Under the pieces are notes generated by a model, which saw only the letters and a list, made by a program, of their open reading frames with translations, had not been told where the DNA came from and did no database searches. A stretch of DNA of 64,000 nt from a virus (taxonomy: Duplodnaviria > Caudoviricetes), in IMG/VR virus record IMGVR_UViG_3300050500_000423, positions 23,622 to 87,621 of that record; one strand, given 5' to 3'. The position numbers and the translations under genes are program-made. Below, piece by piece: positions 26,290 to 36,703 of the stretch (positions are counted from its first letter, which is position 1; the number at the start of each line of letters is the position of its first letter).

Positions 26290-27758
26290 CCGACTTCCGA
26301 GACGCAGACCTCGACACGCTCCGGGAACTCATCGACCAGACAGAGGACCCCGAGGAACTCGAGGCACTTGCTATCGCGCTCGGGTCCGAGTACCCATGGG
26401 AGCCGCAACCGCATCAGCTTCCCCCGCCGGGGGAACCACCGTGGACGTGGTGCTTCCAGGGCGGCCGAGGGACCGGCAAGACCGACACGGGGGCGCACTA
26501 CACGGACGAGCACATGAGCGGCCCGCCGTGCGACCATCGCTGGCCGGGAGGGCACAAGGGGCTCCTAATCGGCCCGACCCACGCTGACGTCGTCGCCTCG
26601 ACCATCCGAGGGGTCTCCGGGCTGATCGCGCACAACCCGGGTGTCCGACAGGTCGGCCGGAAGGACGGCACGTTCGCGATCTGGCCGAACGGAGCGGAGG
26701 CGGTCTGCCTCGGGATGCACACCGAGCAGGACGCTGAACGTCTCCGGGCACAGGCGGCGAACACGTGCTTCTGGTGGATCGACGAGGCAGCGATCGGCCG
26801 GCACCTCTCGACCGCTGTCGACAACCTCCGGTTCGGCGCTCGAGGTGTTCTCGGGGGACGGCAGCCGCACGGCATCGCGACAACGACCCCGAAGGCGACG
26901 CCCGCCTACAAGTCGTTCCTCCGAATGCCCGGCGTCGCGGTGACGTACGCGTCGAGCTACCAGAACCGGTACCTCACGGCGGAGCACCGCGAGTTGATCG
27001 CGCACTACGAAGGGACACGACTCGGCCGGCAGGAAATCTACGGCGAGCTCGTCGATGACTACGAGGGGGCGCTCTTCGATCGGCAGACCCTCGCGGAGGA
27101 CCGCATCACGGACCCGGCGATTCTCGCCCTCGACGCGGACGGGCAACTCTCCGCGCTCGGCTGTTCCCGCACGTTCACGGGGATCGACCCATCGACGTGG
27201 ATTCCGGAGATAGGCGCACCCCCCGCGGACGACGAGTACGAAGGCGGCGCCGGGATCGAGACCGGCATCGTCACTATCGGGATCGACCGACGGTGGCCGC
27301 CGCACATCTACGTGACCGAGGACCGCTCCGGTCGTGTCGCCGCGATCGAGTGGGCACGCCGCGCTGTCGCGCAGCACTACCTCTGGCACTCAACGATCGT
27401 CCCGGAAACGAACGCAGGGGGCGACCTCGTCCTCGCGACCATCGCGTTGACGGACGCGACCGTGCCGATCTACCGAGAGTTCGACCCCGAGACAAACAAG
27501 CTGTCGAAGAAACCGGGAGTCCGCGCACGGATCGGGAAGCGCGCCCGGGCGGAACCCGTCGGTGCCCTGTCCGACCAACATCGGTTGCACATGGTCGGAG
27601 AGTTCCCCGCGTTGGAGTCGACGCTCTGCGGATGGGACCCGACGGAGAACTGGTCCCCGGACCGTCTTGACGCGTTCGTCTGGGCGGTACACGGCGCGCG
27701 GCCGTGGCGGAAGCGCACCACCGCGGGTGTCGGAGGTCGTGGCTCCACCCGACGGTGA
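26286..27758 (+). CDS. Terminase large subunit
   Basis: Walker A GGRGTGKT, Walker B FWWIDEAA, TTTP, RQEIYGE, nuclease GIDP...TGIV...SPDRLDA. Confidence 0.92.
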   Translation: MTDFRDADLDTLRELIDQTEDPEELEALAIALGSEYPWEPQPHQLPPPGEPPWTWCFQGGRGTGKTDTGAHYTDEHMSGPPCDHRWPGGHKGLLIGPTHADVVASTIRGVSGLIAHNPGVRQVGRKDGTFAIWPNGAEAVCLGMHTEQDAERLRAQAANTCFWWIDEAAIGRHLSTAVDNLRFGARGVLGGRQPHGIATTTPKATPAYKSFLRMPGVAVTYASSYQNRYLTAEHRELIAHYEGTRLGRQEIYGELVDDYEGALFDRQTLAEDRITDPAILALDADGQLSALGCSRTFTGIDPSTWIPEIGAPPADDEYEGGAGIETGIVTIGIDRRWPPHIYVTEDRSGRVAAIEWARRAVAQHYLWHSTIVPETNAGGDLVLATIALTDATVPIYREFDPETNKLSKKPGVRARIGKRARAEPVGALSDQHRLHMVGEFPALESTLCGWDPTENWSPDRLDAFVWAVHGARPWRKRTTAGVGGRGSTRR

Positions 27759-27812
27759 ACCTCGGGGAGTACGATCCCGCCGTCGACACTCCGTACCAGG
27801 GAGGCACGCACC

Positions 27813-28145
27813 GTGGGGCTGTACAAGGTCGGGCCGAACCTCGCTCCTGCGGGCGGGAACCGTCTCATGGCAGGTGAGACCGTCACGATCAAGGACGAGG
27901 ATCTCGGCCCGTACGCACACGCGATCGCGGCTGGATACCTCGTCCCGGTCTCCGACGATGACACCCCGACGGCGAACGTCGAGGATGTCACCTCGTCGGG
28001 TGCGTCGCAGCGCGCCGCGGCCGGTCGAGCCGTGACCGCCCCACCCGACGAGGACCCACCCGACGAGGACCCGAACGACGCGGTACTCCCGACGGTCGGC
28101 AGCGAGACAGACGACGACACCACGAGTGTCGCCAACGCGGACTGA
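27813..28145 (+). CDS. Hypothetical protein with acidic tail
   Basis: GGAGG RBS; 110 aa. Confidence 0.6.
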   Translation: MGLYKVGPNLAPAGGNRLMAGETVTIKDEDLGPYAHAIAAGYLVPVSDDDTPTANVEDVTSSGASQRAAAGRAVTAPPDEDPPDEDPNDAVLPTVGSETDDDTTSVANAD

Positions 28146-28149
28146 CGCG

Positions 28150-28515
28150 TTGCCCGACCTCGCGATCCTCGTCGTTCTCGCGCTCGCGACCTACCGCCTG
28201 ACTCGCGTCGTCACGACGGACTCCATCTCCGACGGCTTCCGAGCCGCGGTCTACCGGTTCGCCTACGACGACGCCGCGGCCGTCATCGACGAGCAGACGA
28301 AGCAGTTCGTCGCGGCACCGCGCGCACCGTGGCGGACCTGGCTGTACGCCCTGTTCTCCTGTCCGCACTGCCTTGGCGTCTGGGTCGGGATCGGCGTCTA
28401 CTGCGCCTGGCGGTGGGGTAGCGACGCAGCTCTCGCGGTCCTTGCCGTCGCCGCGTTGACCGGCGCGCAGTCCGCCCTCGCGAGCTTCGTCTCCGCCGCG
28501 GAGGGCGACGAGTAG
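28150..28515 (+). CDS. DUF1360 membrane protein
   Basis: LALATYRLTRVVTTDSI...LFSCPHCLGVWVG; TTG start is inferred. Confidence 0.8.
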   Translation: MPDLAILVVLALATYRLTRVVTTDSISDGFRAAVYRFAYDDAAAVIDEQTKQFVAAPRAPWRTWLYALFSCPHCLGVWVGIGVYCAWRWGSDAALAVLAVAALTGAQSALASFVSAAEGDE

Positions 28516-28691
28516 TGCCCGACGTACTCCGCGCTCTCGTGACCTTCGACGTCGAACCCCTCGATGCGACCGGCCGAGTCGTCGCGGTCTCCGCCGCGCT
28601 CAGCGTCGCGGAGGGCGACAGCCATCCGACTGGCGCGAAGCCGCTTCTCCTCGGAGTGATCGACCTCGACGTGGAGGACGAGCCGTCGTGA
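28515..28691 (+). CDS. Hypothetical protein (58 aa)
   Basis: Fills the gap, coupled at both ends. Confidence 0.5.
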   Translation: MPDVLRALVTFDVEPLDATGRVVAVSAALSVAEGDSHPTGAKPLLLGVIDLDVEDEPS

Positions 28692-31600
28692 GAGCAGCAC
28701 CGATCCCCCGCCGAGCTCGCCAAGCAGCCGTTCAGCCCGTCACGAGCGCCCCGTCGAGTGGCGTCATCCTCGCTCGCGGGAACCGTTCCCGTGGTCTCGC
28801 CCTGCGCGAGAACCGGTACTACGCCGACTATCAGTCCTGGCAGTTCCCGGCACGGCACGCCGCCCGCACTGTCGGGGTCGCGCGCATGGCCGCGAACATG
28901 GTCGCTCAGACCGCGTCGCGCGTGCTGCTCCACGTCGAGGAGCAGGACCCGCGCGGCGACTGGGCCGAGACCGAGAAGCCCGAACTCGCCCGCGAAATGG
29001 ACGGCTACCGGAACGAGACCCTCGGCCAGGGATCAAGCGAACTCGTCCGCCTGCACACCTGGCAGTACCAAGTCCCCGGCGAAGGCGCGATCGTGAACCG
29101 CGACAACGCGTATGGGCAGGCCGAGTGGCTCGTCGTTGGTCTCCCCGCGATCGAGTGGAACCAGCCTCGCCCCGGGTTCGCGACGGTGAAGCTCCACCCG
29201 ACGGGCCGGATCATGGAGGGACTCGCGTTCGAGGTTCCGCTCGAGCAGGTCGTTCACTTCTGGATGCCGGATGAGGACTTCCTCGGTCTCGCGGTCTCCC
29301 CGATGACCGCAGCGATGAACGACCTCGACCGGTACGTGGCGTTCACGCGGTACGCGGGCAGGCAGGCGCACAACTACCTGGCGATGAACGGTGCGTTCTG
29401 GACGCCGGGTGCAGCGCACGTCTCAGAGAACGCGTCCGACGAGGACGTCACCGACGGCGACCGGGAAAAGAAGTCCGACCTCCTCCGGCAGTACGAGGAA
29501 ATGGCTGCCGTGTCCATCTCCGACTTCGATGACGAGATGCTCGAGTCGGTCGTCCCGCCGATGATGTGGTGGGACGGCGCCAAGCCGGAATGGGTCGAGA
29601 TCGGCCGGCCACTCGATGAGCAGGGCATCGCGCACCGGGCCGAAGCGATGATGGACTTCGCCCGCGACGTCGATGCTCCCGCCGCCCTGATCACCTCGGG
29701 TGGGTCGTCGGACGAGAACCACTGGAATGCGTGGATGACGAAGGAACGGTTCCTCGGAGCCGTCGCGCCGACCCTCGACCGCGTCACGCACCAGGACCTC
29801 ACGGTCACGTACCTGCATCCCCTCCTCCGGCTCCGTGGCGTCTCCGAGGCGGAACTCGGCCGGTACCGGGTCGGGTACGACGCGAACCCGGTCATCAAGC
29901 AGCCCGACGAGTCGGAGAAGGCGCTCCGCGCCTGGATGGCGGGTCTCCTCGGAGCGAAGCCCGCGCTCGAGAAGATGGGTTTCGATCCCGACACGTTGGC
30001 GGGACCAGACGACTTGGAACGCCTCGCCGCGATCCTGTCGAACTTCGCCGGGGAGATCCCCACGGCGGACGCCCCCGACGTGAACACCCCCGACGGTCCT
30101 GCTGGACCGGGGAACGTCAGCGAGGGACCGCCGCCGGGTCCACCGACCCCGGCGAACATGCTCCGGGGTCTGCTCCCGCATCTCTACGACCGCCGGCAGC
30201 GTGCAGCACCGATCCGTACGAACGGGACAGCCACGGCGCGCGCTGCGGCGTCCTCGACGCTTCTCGCGGAGGCGCTGAACCCGACAGACACGGGCGTCAT
30301 GGTCTCGATCGACGTACCGCTCGAGCTGGCGCAGATGGTCGCCCTCCCCGACGGTGAACCCCCCGAGGGGCTGCACCTGACGCTCGCGTTCGTTCTCGGC
30401 GAAGCCGCCGAGCTTCCGCAGGCGCTCCACGACGCCCTCATCACCGCGGCGCAGGAAGCGGCCGCCGAGACGGGTCCGATTCACGTCTCGCTCTCCCACG
30501 TCGAGAGGTTCGCCCCGAACGAGGAGGGGATGCAGCCGGTCACGCTCGTGGACTCCGGCCCTGCCGTCCCTGAGCTCGCCTCTCGCCTCCGGGTCGCCCT
30601 CGACGCTGCGTCGATCCCCTACAGCGACGATCACGGCTTCCGGGCGCATATGACGCTCGGGTACTACCCGGAGGGCGAGGGACCGGAGTCCGGTCCGCTC
30701 GAGACCCCCGTCGAGTTCGACGCCTCCGGCATCGGCGTGCATTGGGGACCCGAGGTACTCGCTGTCCCTTTCGGCGGTAGCAAGGCGGCGACGGCGTCCG
30801 TTCGGGTCGAGCATGCCCCCGAGCAGCCGAGCGTGGCCGCGACAGCAGCCGTCTCGACGGTCGGGTCGCAGGCACGCCGCGAGGTCACCGCGGCACGCCG
30901 GACGCTCTCTCGCCTGGCTCGGGTCCGCCGGGATGTCGCTCGGCAACTACTCGGCGGGGCGGAAGCAGCGTTCGCGGCGGCGCTCAACCAGGCCGGGGTA
31001 CGGGCGAGAACGAAGGCAGCGAACAAGCATGGTCGGGGACTCGCCGCGTCCGTGAGAGCAGCGTTCGAGCAGGGCGAGGGTCTCCGGCCGTTCTTCGGGA
31101 CGCTCGGCATCACGGAGGCCGAGCTTCTCCGTGGAGCGTTCGATGAGTTCCAGGGGCAGGCAGCGGCATGGCTGGCGTACGCCCGTGAGGAGCAACGTCA
31201 GGTCGCTCAGGACGCCGGGTACGACCCGTCTGCCCTCGGGGCAGCGTCAGAGGACGACGAGACCTCCGCAGCCGCCGCGATGTTCCTCGCTGCCTCACTG
31301 CTCGCCCTCGCCCGCGGTCGTATCCTCGCCGGCACCGACGCAGCGAACCCGAACGGCCCCGGCGAGGTCTCCGGCGCGGTCCCCGCCTCGATCGTCGGCG
31401 CGACGCTCGCCGTCGCCGAGGGTTCCGCTCTCGGCGCGCTCGGGGAATCCCCCGACCTTCTGCCCGAACTCCGACCGACGAGACGTATCCCGCTCGACGC
31501 GTCGATCCGGTCGCAACTCTCGGTCCGTCTCGACGTGATCCTCTCCACCGCGAAGCCTGCCGGGACTCGCGAAGCGGGACGCCTCGCGAAGGTCAGCGAC

Positions 31601-31861
31601 CGGCTCGTGCAGGCACCCACGGAGTACGTCTGGGTCCACGGCTTCTACGCGTCGCCCAAGACGACGTTCGACCCGCACCTCCGCCTCGAGGGGCACCGGA
31701 CGAACAACCCGGAGACCGACCCGGCGTACGTGAACCCGGGTCCGTGGCCGGACCCGGGGACGTGGCCGTTCTTCCAGCCGGCGGATCATCTCGGCTGCAC
31801 GTGCGCGCAGATAGCGCAGGTCGACTCGACCCTCTCGACCCTCATCGACGCGCTCGCCTGA
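28688..31861 (+). CDS. Portal protein fused to a 2H phosphoesterase and a MuF-like head morphogenesis region
   Basis: 1057 aa after terL; two HxT motifs (GLHLTLAF, RAHMTLGY); C-terminal YVWVHG..H...PADHLGCTC. Confidence 0.8.
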   Translation: MRAAPIPRRARQAAVQPVTSAPSSGVILARGNRSRGLALRENRYYADYQSWQFPARHAARTVGVARMAANMVAQTASRVLLHVEEQDPRGDWAETEKPELAREMDGYRNETLGQGSSELVRLHTWQYQVPGEGAIVNRDNAYGQAEWLVVGLPAIEWNQPRPGFATVKLHPTGRIMEGLAFEVPLEQVVHFWMPDEDFLGLAVSPMTAAMNDLDRYVAFTRYAGRQAHNYLAMNGAFWTPGAAHVSENASDEDVTDGDREKKSDLLRQYEEMAAVSISDFDDEMLESVVPPMMWWDGAKPEWVEIGRPLDEQGIAHRAEAMMDFARDVDAPAALITSGGSSDENHWNAWMTKERFLGAVAPTLDRVTHQDLTVTYLHPLLRLRGVSEAELGRYRVGYDANPVIKQPDESEKALRAWMAGLLGAKPALEKMGFDPDTLAGPDDLERLAAILSNFAGEIPTADAPDVNTPDGPAGPGNVSEGPPPGPPTPANMLRGLLPHLYDRRQRAAPIRTNGTATARAAASSTLLAEALNPTDTGVMVSIDVPLELAQMVALPDGEPPEGLHLTLAFVLGEAAELPQALHDALITAAQEAAAETGPIHVSLSHVERFAPNEEGMQPVTLVDSGPAVPELASRLRVALDAASIPYSDDHGFRAHMTLGYYPEGEGPESGPLETPVEFDASGIGVHWGPEVLAVPFGGSKAATASVRVEHAPEQPSVAATAAVSTVGSQARREVTAARRTLSRLARVRRDVARQLLGGAEAAFAAALNQAGVRARTKAANKHGRGLAASVRAAFEQGEGLRPFFGTLGITEAELLRGAFDEFQGQAAAWLAYAREEQRQVAQDAGYDPSALGAASEDDETSAAAAMFLAASLLALARGRILAGTDAANPNGPGEVSGAVPASIVGATLAVAEGSALGALGESPDLLPELRPTRRIPLDASIRSQLSVRLDVILSTAKPAGTREAGRLAKVSDRLVQAPTEYVWVHGFYASPKTTFDPHLRLEGHRTNNPETDPAYVNPGPWPDPGTWPFFQPADHLGCTCAQIAQVDSTLSTLIDALA

Positions 31862-31863
31862 GT

Positions 31864-31884
31864 TACGGGCGTACTACGCCCGTA
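31864..31884. terminator. Perfect inverted repeat (terminator or operator)
   Basis: TACGGGCGTA-C-TACGCCCGTA immediately after the portal stop. Confidence 0.5.
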
Positions 31885-31924
31885 GCCCCGTAGACTCGGG
31901 CACTCGATCGAGGAGGACGAAAGC

Positions 31925-33346
31925 ATGGCGGCACTCGAGCAAGGCGTCCCGTCCACGAACGCTCCCCTTCCGTGGCTCCGGGACGCGCTCGGCACGGCAC
32001 GCTCCCCCCGGGCACGACGCGCAGCCCGTGGGCTGACCGTCGGTCTCGCCGCGTGGGAGATCAGCCGCAAGGCGTACCAGTGGGGACGAGGGCGAGCGAC
32101 GTACACGGTCGCGGTCCCGGCGACGGACGAGCTCTACGAGCCGCTCCTCGAGTGGTTCACGGACGAGGTCCGCCCTCGATCGCGACGTGCGGTCACGGTC
32201 CGCACCCGCCGAGCCGCGACCGCCTCGGGGTCTGACTCGCCCGCGCCTCCGACGCCCGCTCAGGTGTACGACCCGATCCCTGTCGCAGCGCCGACCATGC
32301 TCACGGGGTTCGACGGCGAGACCGCGCATGTCGTCCGTCTCGGTGGTCACCGCGTCACGGTGAAGGTCGACCGGAAATCGTCGTTCGGGGAGGGACTCTC
32401 CCTGACGGTGAACTCGCATGACGAGGGCTGGTCCCGGTCGATGACGAAGCTCACGTTCACGTGCTACGGCGAGGGCGCGCGCGACGCTGTCCTCAAGTTC
32501 CTTCGCGGCCTCTCCGAGACTGTCCTCGCAGGCGAGACCGTCAGACCCCGCATGTGGATCGGTACCCGGTGGGGCGAGTGGTCCCGCGTCCGCGAACTTG
32601 CCCCCCGCACGCTCGACTCCGTGATCCTCCCCGACGCGCAGCGTGACCGGATCGTCGCTGACCTCGCCCGCTTCCTCGCGTCGGAGGCGCTCTACGCCCG
32701 GGTCGGGGTCCCGTGGCATCACGGACTCCTCTTCTACGGAACCCCGGGGTGCGGCAAGACCTCACTCGCGGGGGCGCTCGCCTCGCACTTCGGCCTCGAC
32801 GTACACCTCGTGACGCTCTCCGACCTCGACGGCGACGACCGACTCGTGCAACTCCTCGGGACCGTGGACCCTCGCTCCGTGCTCATCCTCGAGGACATCG
32901 ACGTGGTGTCGGCCGCCACGGACCGCGACGACAACCGGAAGGGAGCGACGCTCTCCGGGCTACTGAACGCCCTTGACGGGATGGCGACCCCACACGGGCT
33001 GATCACGATCATGACGACGAACGATCTCGACGCGCTCGACCCGGCGCTCATCCGCCCTGGACGTGCCGACTTGATCGAGGAGTTCCTCCCGCTCGACAAC
33101 CGTCAGGCGCGCCGCATGGTCGAACTCGTGATCGACTCGCCGTGCCCGTCGGACTTCCCCGACGCCGGCCGTGGTCTCCTCACCCACGCCGAACTTCTCG
33201 ACGCAGCGAAGCCGTACCTCGATGACCCCGACCGTGCTGTCGCCGCGATGGCCGACCGAGTTCGTTCCTACCACGGCAGCGGTCCGCTCGCGGCGGTCCG
33301 GAACGCTCCCCGCACGGTCGCGTCGAACGGGGTAGCGTCGTCCTAG
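31925..33346 (+). CDS. BCS1-like AAA+ ATPase
   Basis: LLFYGTPGCGKTS, LILEDID, TLSGLLNALDG, TTN...LDPALIRPGR. Confidence 0.88.
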   Translation: MAALEQGVPSTNAPLPWLRDALGTARSPRARRAARGLTVGLAAWEISRKAYQWGRGRATYTVAVPATDELYEPLLEWFTDEVRPRSRRAVTVRTRRAATASGSDSPAPPTPAQVYDPIPVAAPTMLTGFDGETAHVVRLGGHRVTVKVDRKSSFGEGLSLTVNSHDEGWSRSMTKLTFTCYGEGARDAVLKFLRGLSETVLAGETVRPRMWIGTRWGEWSRVRELAPRTLDSVILPDAQRDRIVADLARFLASEALYARVGVPWHHGLLFYGTPGCGKTSLAGALASHFGLDVHLVTLSDLDGDDRLVQLLGTVDPRSVLILEDIDVVSAATDRDDNRKGATLSGLLNALDGMATPHGLITIMTTNDLDALDPALIRPGRADLIEEFLPLDNRQARRMVELVIDSPCPSDFPDAGRGLLTHAELLDAAKPYLDDPDRAVAAMADRVRSYHGSGPLAAVRNAPRTVASNGVASS

Positions 33347-33382
33347 CGACCCGACCCGACCCGCGACACCTCGGGAGGAACG

Positions 33383-33580
33383 ATGCCCCGTCAGCAGGCA
33401 CGCGTCGAGATATGGCAGGACGCGAACGGCCGGTGGTTCGGCCAGAAGGTCAACACGAGCGGGAACGTCGTCGAGGCAGTCCCCGGCGGGATCGACGGCG
33501 GGTACTCGTTCCGTCAGGGCATCCGCCGCGGAGCGAAGCGTGCGTTCCCCGGTCTCCCGATCGTGCTCGTCGCCGCGTAA
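33383..33580 (+). CDS. DUF1508/YegP-like small protein
   Basis: VEIWQDANGRWF...SGNVV...GYS; GGGAGG RBS. Confidence 0.6.
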   Translation: MPRQQARVEIWQDANGRWFGQKVNTSGNVVEAVPGGIDGGYSFRQGIRRGAKRAFPGLPIVLVAA

Positions 33581-33707
33581 GTGACGGCCACTGTGGGATG
33601 CCGGTCCTCCCGTCGCCGCGTCGAGCCGTTCGTCGGGTACCTCGGTTCCTGGTGCATCGCCGTCGCTGTGACCGTGTACGAGCACCTACGACCACGAGCA
33701 TGGCGTC

Positions 33708-34355
33708 GTGACTGACCGCGCTGGACCCGCGATCGACGCCGCACGCTCGTACGTCGGGACGACCCCAACGTCGGGACTCGCACAACTCGTGCTGCTGCTC
33801 CGACAGGGACTTGCCCCGTCAAGCACGATCCTCGAGATCGGCTGCGGCACGCTGCATCTCGCGAAGGCACTGCTCGTCTACCTCGACACGGGCACGTACG
33901 CCGGCGTGGACCCGAACGCGCATCTCCGCGAGGCAGCCGTCGCGGACGACTCCGTCCTCGACCAACTCGTGCGGCTCAGCGGAGCGAAGTTCTCGACCGC
34001 GACAGACTTCTACGCACGAGACCTCGGCGCGGGCGAGTACGACTTCGTGTTCTCGCACTCGGTCCTGTCGCACGCGTCACACGAGCAACTCGGGCAGTTC
34101 ATGGACTCGATGAGTCGCCGGCTAGATGACGGCTCGTTCGGGATGGCGTCAGTGAACCTCGTTGACAACTTCGCGGACGAGACCGCGCGAGACGAGTGGG
34201 TCTACCCCGGTGCGGTGACCTTCCACGAGATGACGGTCCGCGCCGCGGCGCGCGCTGCGGGTCTCCGAATCATTCGCGACCACGAAGCCCGCGACCTCTA
34301 CCGCTCGTGGTGCCCGATCGAAACCCACGACTGGATCGTCCTTCGCCATGAGTGA
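33708..34355 (+). CDS. Class I SAM-dependent methyltransferase
   Basis: ILEIGCGTL, YAGVDPN, YDFVFSHSVLSH. Confidence 0.85.
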   Translation: MTDRAGPAIDAARSYVGTTPTSGLAQLVLLLRQGLAPSSTILEIGCGTLHLAKALLVYLDTGTYAGVDPNAHLREAAVADDSVLDQLVRLSGAKFSTATDFYARDLGAGEYDFVFSHSVLSHASHEQLGQFMDSMSRRLDDGSFGMASVNLVDNFADETARDEWVYPGAVTFHEMTVRAAARAAGLRIIRDHEARDLYRSWCPIETHDWIVLRHE

Positions 34356-35214
34356 GCCGCACGACGGTTCAGACCTCGTCATCGTGACGCCGGTCTGGCG
34401 TCGCACCACGAACCTCGCTCGCGTGCTCACGTCGGCACTCGATACCGTCCCGGCCGCGCACTTCCTGTTCGTCGCGTCCGTCGAGGACCGCGTCGTCATC
34501 GACGCGCTCGACGACCTGCTCGACGTCGACTACCTCCTCCTCCCCGGAGCAGGCGGCGGACAGGGCGACTACGCCCGGAAGATCAACGCCGGGTATCAGG
34601 CGACGACAGAGCCGTTCATCTTCACGGCAGCGGACGACCTTCGCTACACGCCCGGCTGGTACCACGCCGCGCGCGCGTTGACGGTCTGCCCACACGGCGA
34701 CGAGACGTGCCCCTGCCAGGACGGCGACGTATGTCACTACGAGGGCGAGCAACCGTTCGCGTGCCCAACGACACGGGCCGTGGGATGCGTCGAGTGCCGA
34801 CGCGTCGGCGTCGTCGGCACCGTCGATGACACGAACCCGAGGACGATCGCCGGCGAGCACTCGACGCACTCCCTCGTTGCCCGCTGGTACGCCGACTGCT
34901 GCGCCGTCTCCGATCAGCCCGGCGCCATCTACCACGAGGGCTACTACCACGAATTCTGCGACGATGAATTGGTGAGGACGGCGATCCACCGCGGCGCGTA
35001 CGGCCATGCGTTCGACGCCCACGTCGAGCACCTTCACCCGATGGGGAACAAGGCGCCCGACGACGAGACGTACCGGCGGGGCCGGTCGAAGTCGATGCTC
35101 TCCCGGAAGCTCTTCTCCGACCGAGCGCCGCTCTGGGGGGATCAGCCGCGGTACCAGCGGCGGCAGGTGTTCGCGAAGCGACCCGGGGTAGCGAAGCAGC
35201 GGAAGATGCCGTGA
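34348..35214 (+). CDS. GT-A glycosyltransferase (GT2-like) with Cys-rich insert
   Basis: VIVTPV, INAGY, FTAADD, YYHEFCDDEL, VEHLHP. Confidence 0.8.
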   Translation: MSEPHDGSDLVIVTPVWRRTTNLARVLTSALDTVPAAHFLFVASVEDRVVIDALDDLLDVDYLLLPGAGGGQGDYARKINAGYQATTEPFIFTAADDLRYTPGWYHAARALTVCPHGDETCPCQDGDVCHYEGEQPFACPTTRAVGCVECRRVGVVGTVDDTNPRTIAGEHSTHSLVARWYADCCAVSDQPGAIYHEGYYHEFCDDELVRTAIHRGAYGHAFDAHVEHLHPMGNKAPDDETYRRGRSKSMLSRKLFSDRAPLWGDQPRYQRRQVFAKRPGVAKQRKMP

Positions 35215-35999
35215 CCGTCCGCGCGTATACGGCGAACTACGGCGGGCGTGACCGAGCGTGGCCGCAGGTCGAACAGTCGATCCCTGTCGAGTGGGTCTAC
35301 TTCACGGACATCGACGAGGTCGCCCCGGCACCGTGGACGACGATCCAGCAGTTCCCGAACCCGGAGTTGCATCGGAACCTCGCGGCGAAGTGGTACAAGA
35401 CGCACCCGTTCGGCGTCGGAGAATGGGACGACGACGCGAGGTACGCCATCTGGATCGACGCGTCGATGGAGGTCACGAACCCCCGCTTCGCTGCGGAGGC
35501 GATCGCGTCCCTCGAGGAGCGTCCCGTCGCAGCTTGGGCGCATCCCCGCCGGGACTGCATCTACGAGGAGGCGAAGGCGGCGTTGACGTACGAGAGCGTC
35601 GACGATCGGTACGCCGACCAACCCGTGCTCGAGCAGGTCGCGTCCTATCGCGCCGAGGGACACCCGGAACACGGCGGGCTGTACGCGTGCGGCACGATCG
35701 TCTGGACCCGCGACGCGATACCGCTCGGGGAGGCATGGTGGGACGAGTGCGTCCGCTGGTCGATGCAGGATCAACTCTCGTTCCCCGTCGTCGCTCGTCG
35801 CCTCGGTATCCGACCGGCCGTGTTCCCCGTCGGGCAGATCGAGCACCGCACCCGCTCGCGAGTCGCGCGAGCGCCGCAGAACTTCTCCCGGTCGCGCTCG
35901 GGCGCGCGGGAAGTCGGCAGCCCGACCGCTGCTGGCGAGGTACTGCTCGGCAACCGGTGGTTGACGATCCACCCTCACGTCCCCGGCACCGACCGGTAG
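35211..35999 (+). CDS. DUF616/TOD1-MUCI70-like glycosyltransferase
   Basis: YTANYGGRD, YFTD, AKWYKTHP, IWIDAS, HPRRDCIYEE, QDQLSFP. Confidence 0.75.
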   Translation: MTVRAYTANYGGRDRAWPQVEQSIPVEWVYFTDIDEVAPAPWTTIQQFPNPELHRNLAAKWYKTHPFGVGEWDDDARYAIWIDASMEVTNPRFAAEAIASLEERPVAAWAHPRRDCIYEEAKAALTYESVDDRYADQPVLEQVASYRAEGHPEHGGLYACGTIVWTRDAIPLGEAWWDECVRWSMQDQLSFPVVARRLGIRPAVFPVGQIEHRTRSRVARAPQNFSRSRSGAREVGSPTAAGEVLLGNRWLTIHPHVPGTDR

Positions 36000-36025
36000 C
36001 TATTAGTTCTAATAGGAGAGAGCCC

Positions 36026-36703
36026 GTGGACTTCCGTGCCCCGTTCAGCGACCCCGCCGCGTTCGCCTCGGCGGAGCCGTTCCCGCACGCGATCGTGGAC
36101 GACTGGTTCGACCCTGTCGACCTCGATGACGCCCTCGTCTGGTTCCCGCCCCCCAGCGATTCCCGCTGGCACTGGTTCGATGCCCCGCACGAGGTCAGGA
36201 AGGCGCAGTACGACGACGAGAAGGCGTACGAGGTCCCCGGATGCGGACGACTTCTCCGGGTCCTCACGAGCGCGCCGTTCGTCGGTGCTCTCTCCGAGTT
36301 GACCGGCATCGAGGCGCTGATCCCCGACCTTGTCGGAGGAGGGCTGCACCTGACGCTCGCGGGCGGGTTCCTCGGCGTTCACACGGACTCCTCGACCGAC
36401 TTCTCCAACCGGGGTCTCTACCGCCGTCTGAACGTCCTTCTCTTCCTGAACGAGGGCTGGAAGCCAGGCGACGGCGGCGAGCTCGTGCTCGAGCGAGCAG
36501 GTACCCCGACCGGTCTCCGCGTCGATCCGTTGCACAACCGGCTCGTGATCTTCCGGACGGCGCATGACACGCTCCACGGCCATCCGAACCCGTGGGAACG
36601 GCCGGTCGTCCCCCGCCGGTCGCTCGCGGCGTACTACTACACCGAGGACCCCCCGCCGGACTACGTCGGGGACCGGACGACAACCTTCGTGGAGGGCAGG
36701 TGA
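36026..36703 (+). CDS. 2OG-Fe(II) oxygenase
   Basis: PFPHAIVDD, GGGLH, HTD facial-triad motif, RRLNVLLFLN, GGEL, HGHP, RRSLAAYYY. Confidence 0.88.
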   Translation: MDFRAPFSDPAAFASAEPFPHAIVDDWFDPVDLDDALVWFPPPSDSRWHWFDAPHEVRKAQYDDEKAYEVPGCGRLLRVLTSAPFVGALSELTGIEALIPDLVGGGLHLTLAGGFLGVHTDSSTDFSNRGLYRRLNVLLFLNEGWKPGDGGELVLERAGTPTGLRVDPLHNRLVIFRTAHDTLHGHPNPWERPVVPRRSLAAYYYTEDPPPDYVGDRTTTFVEGR

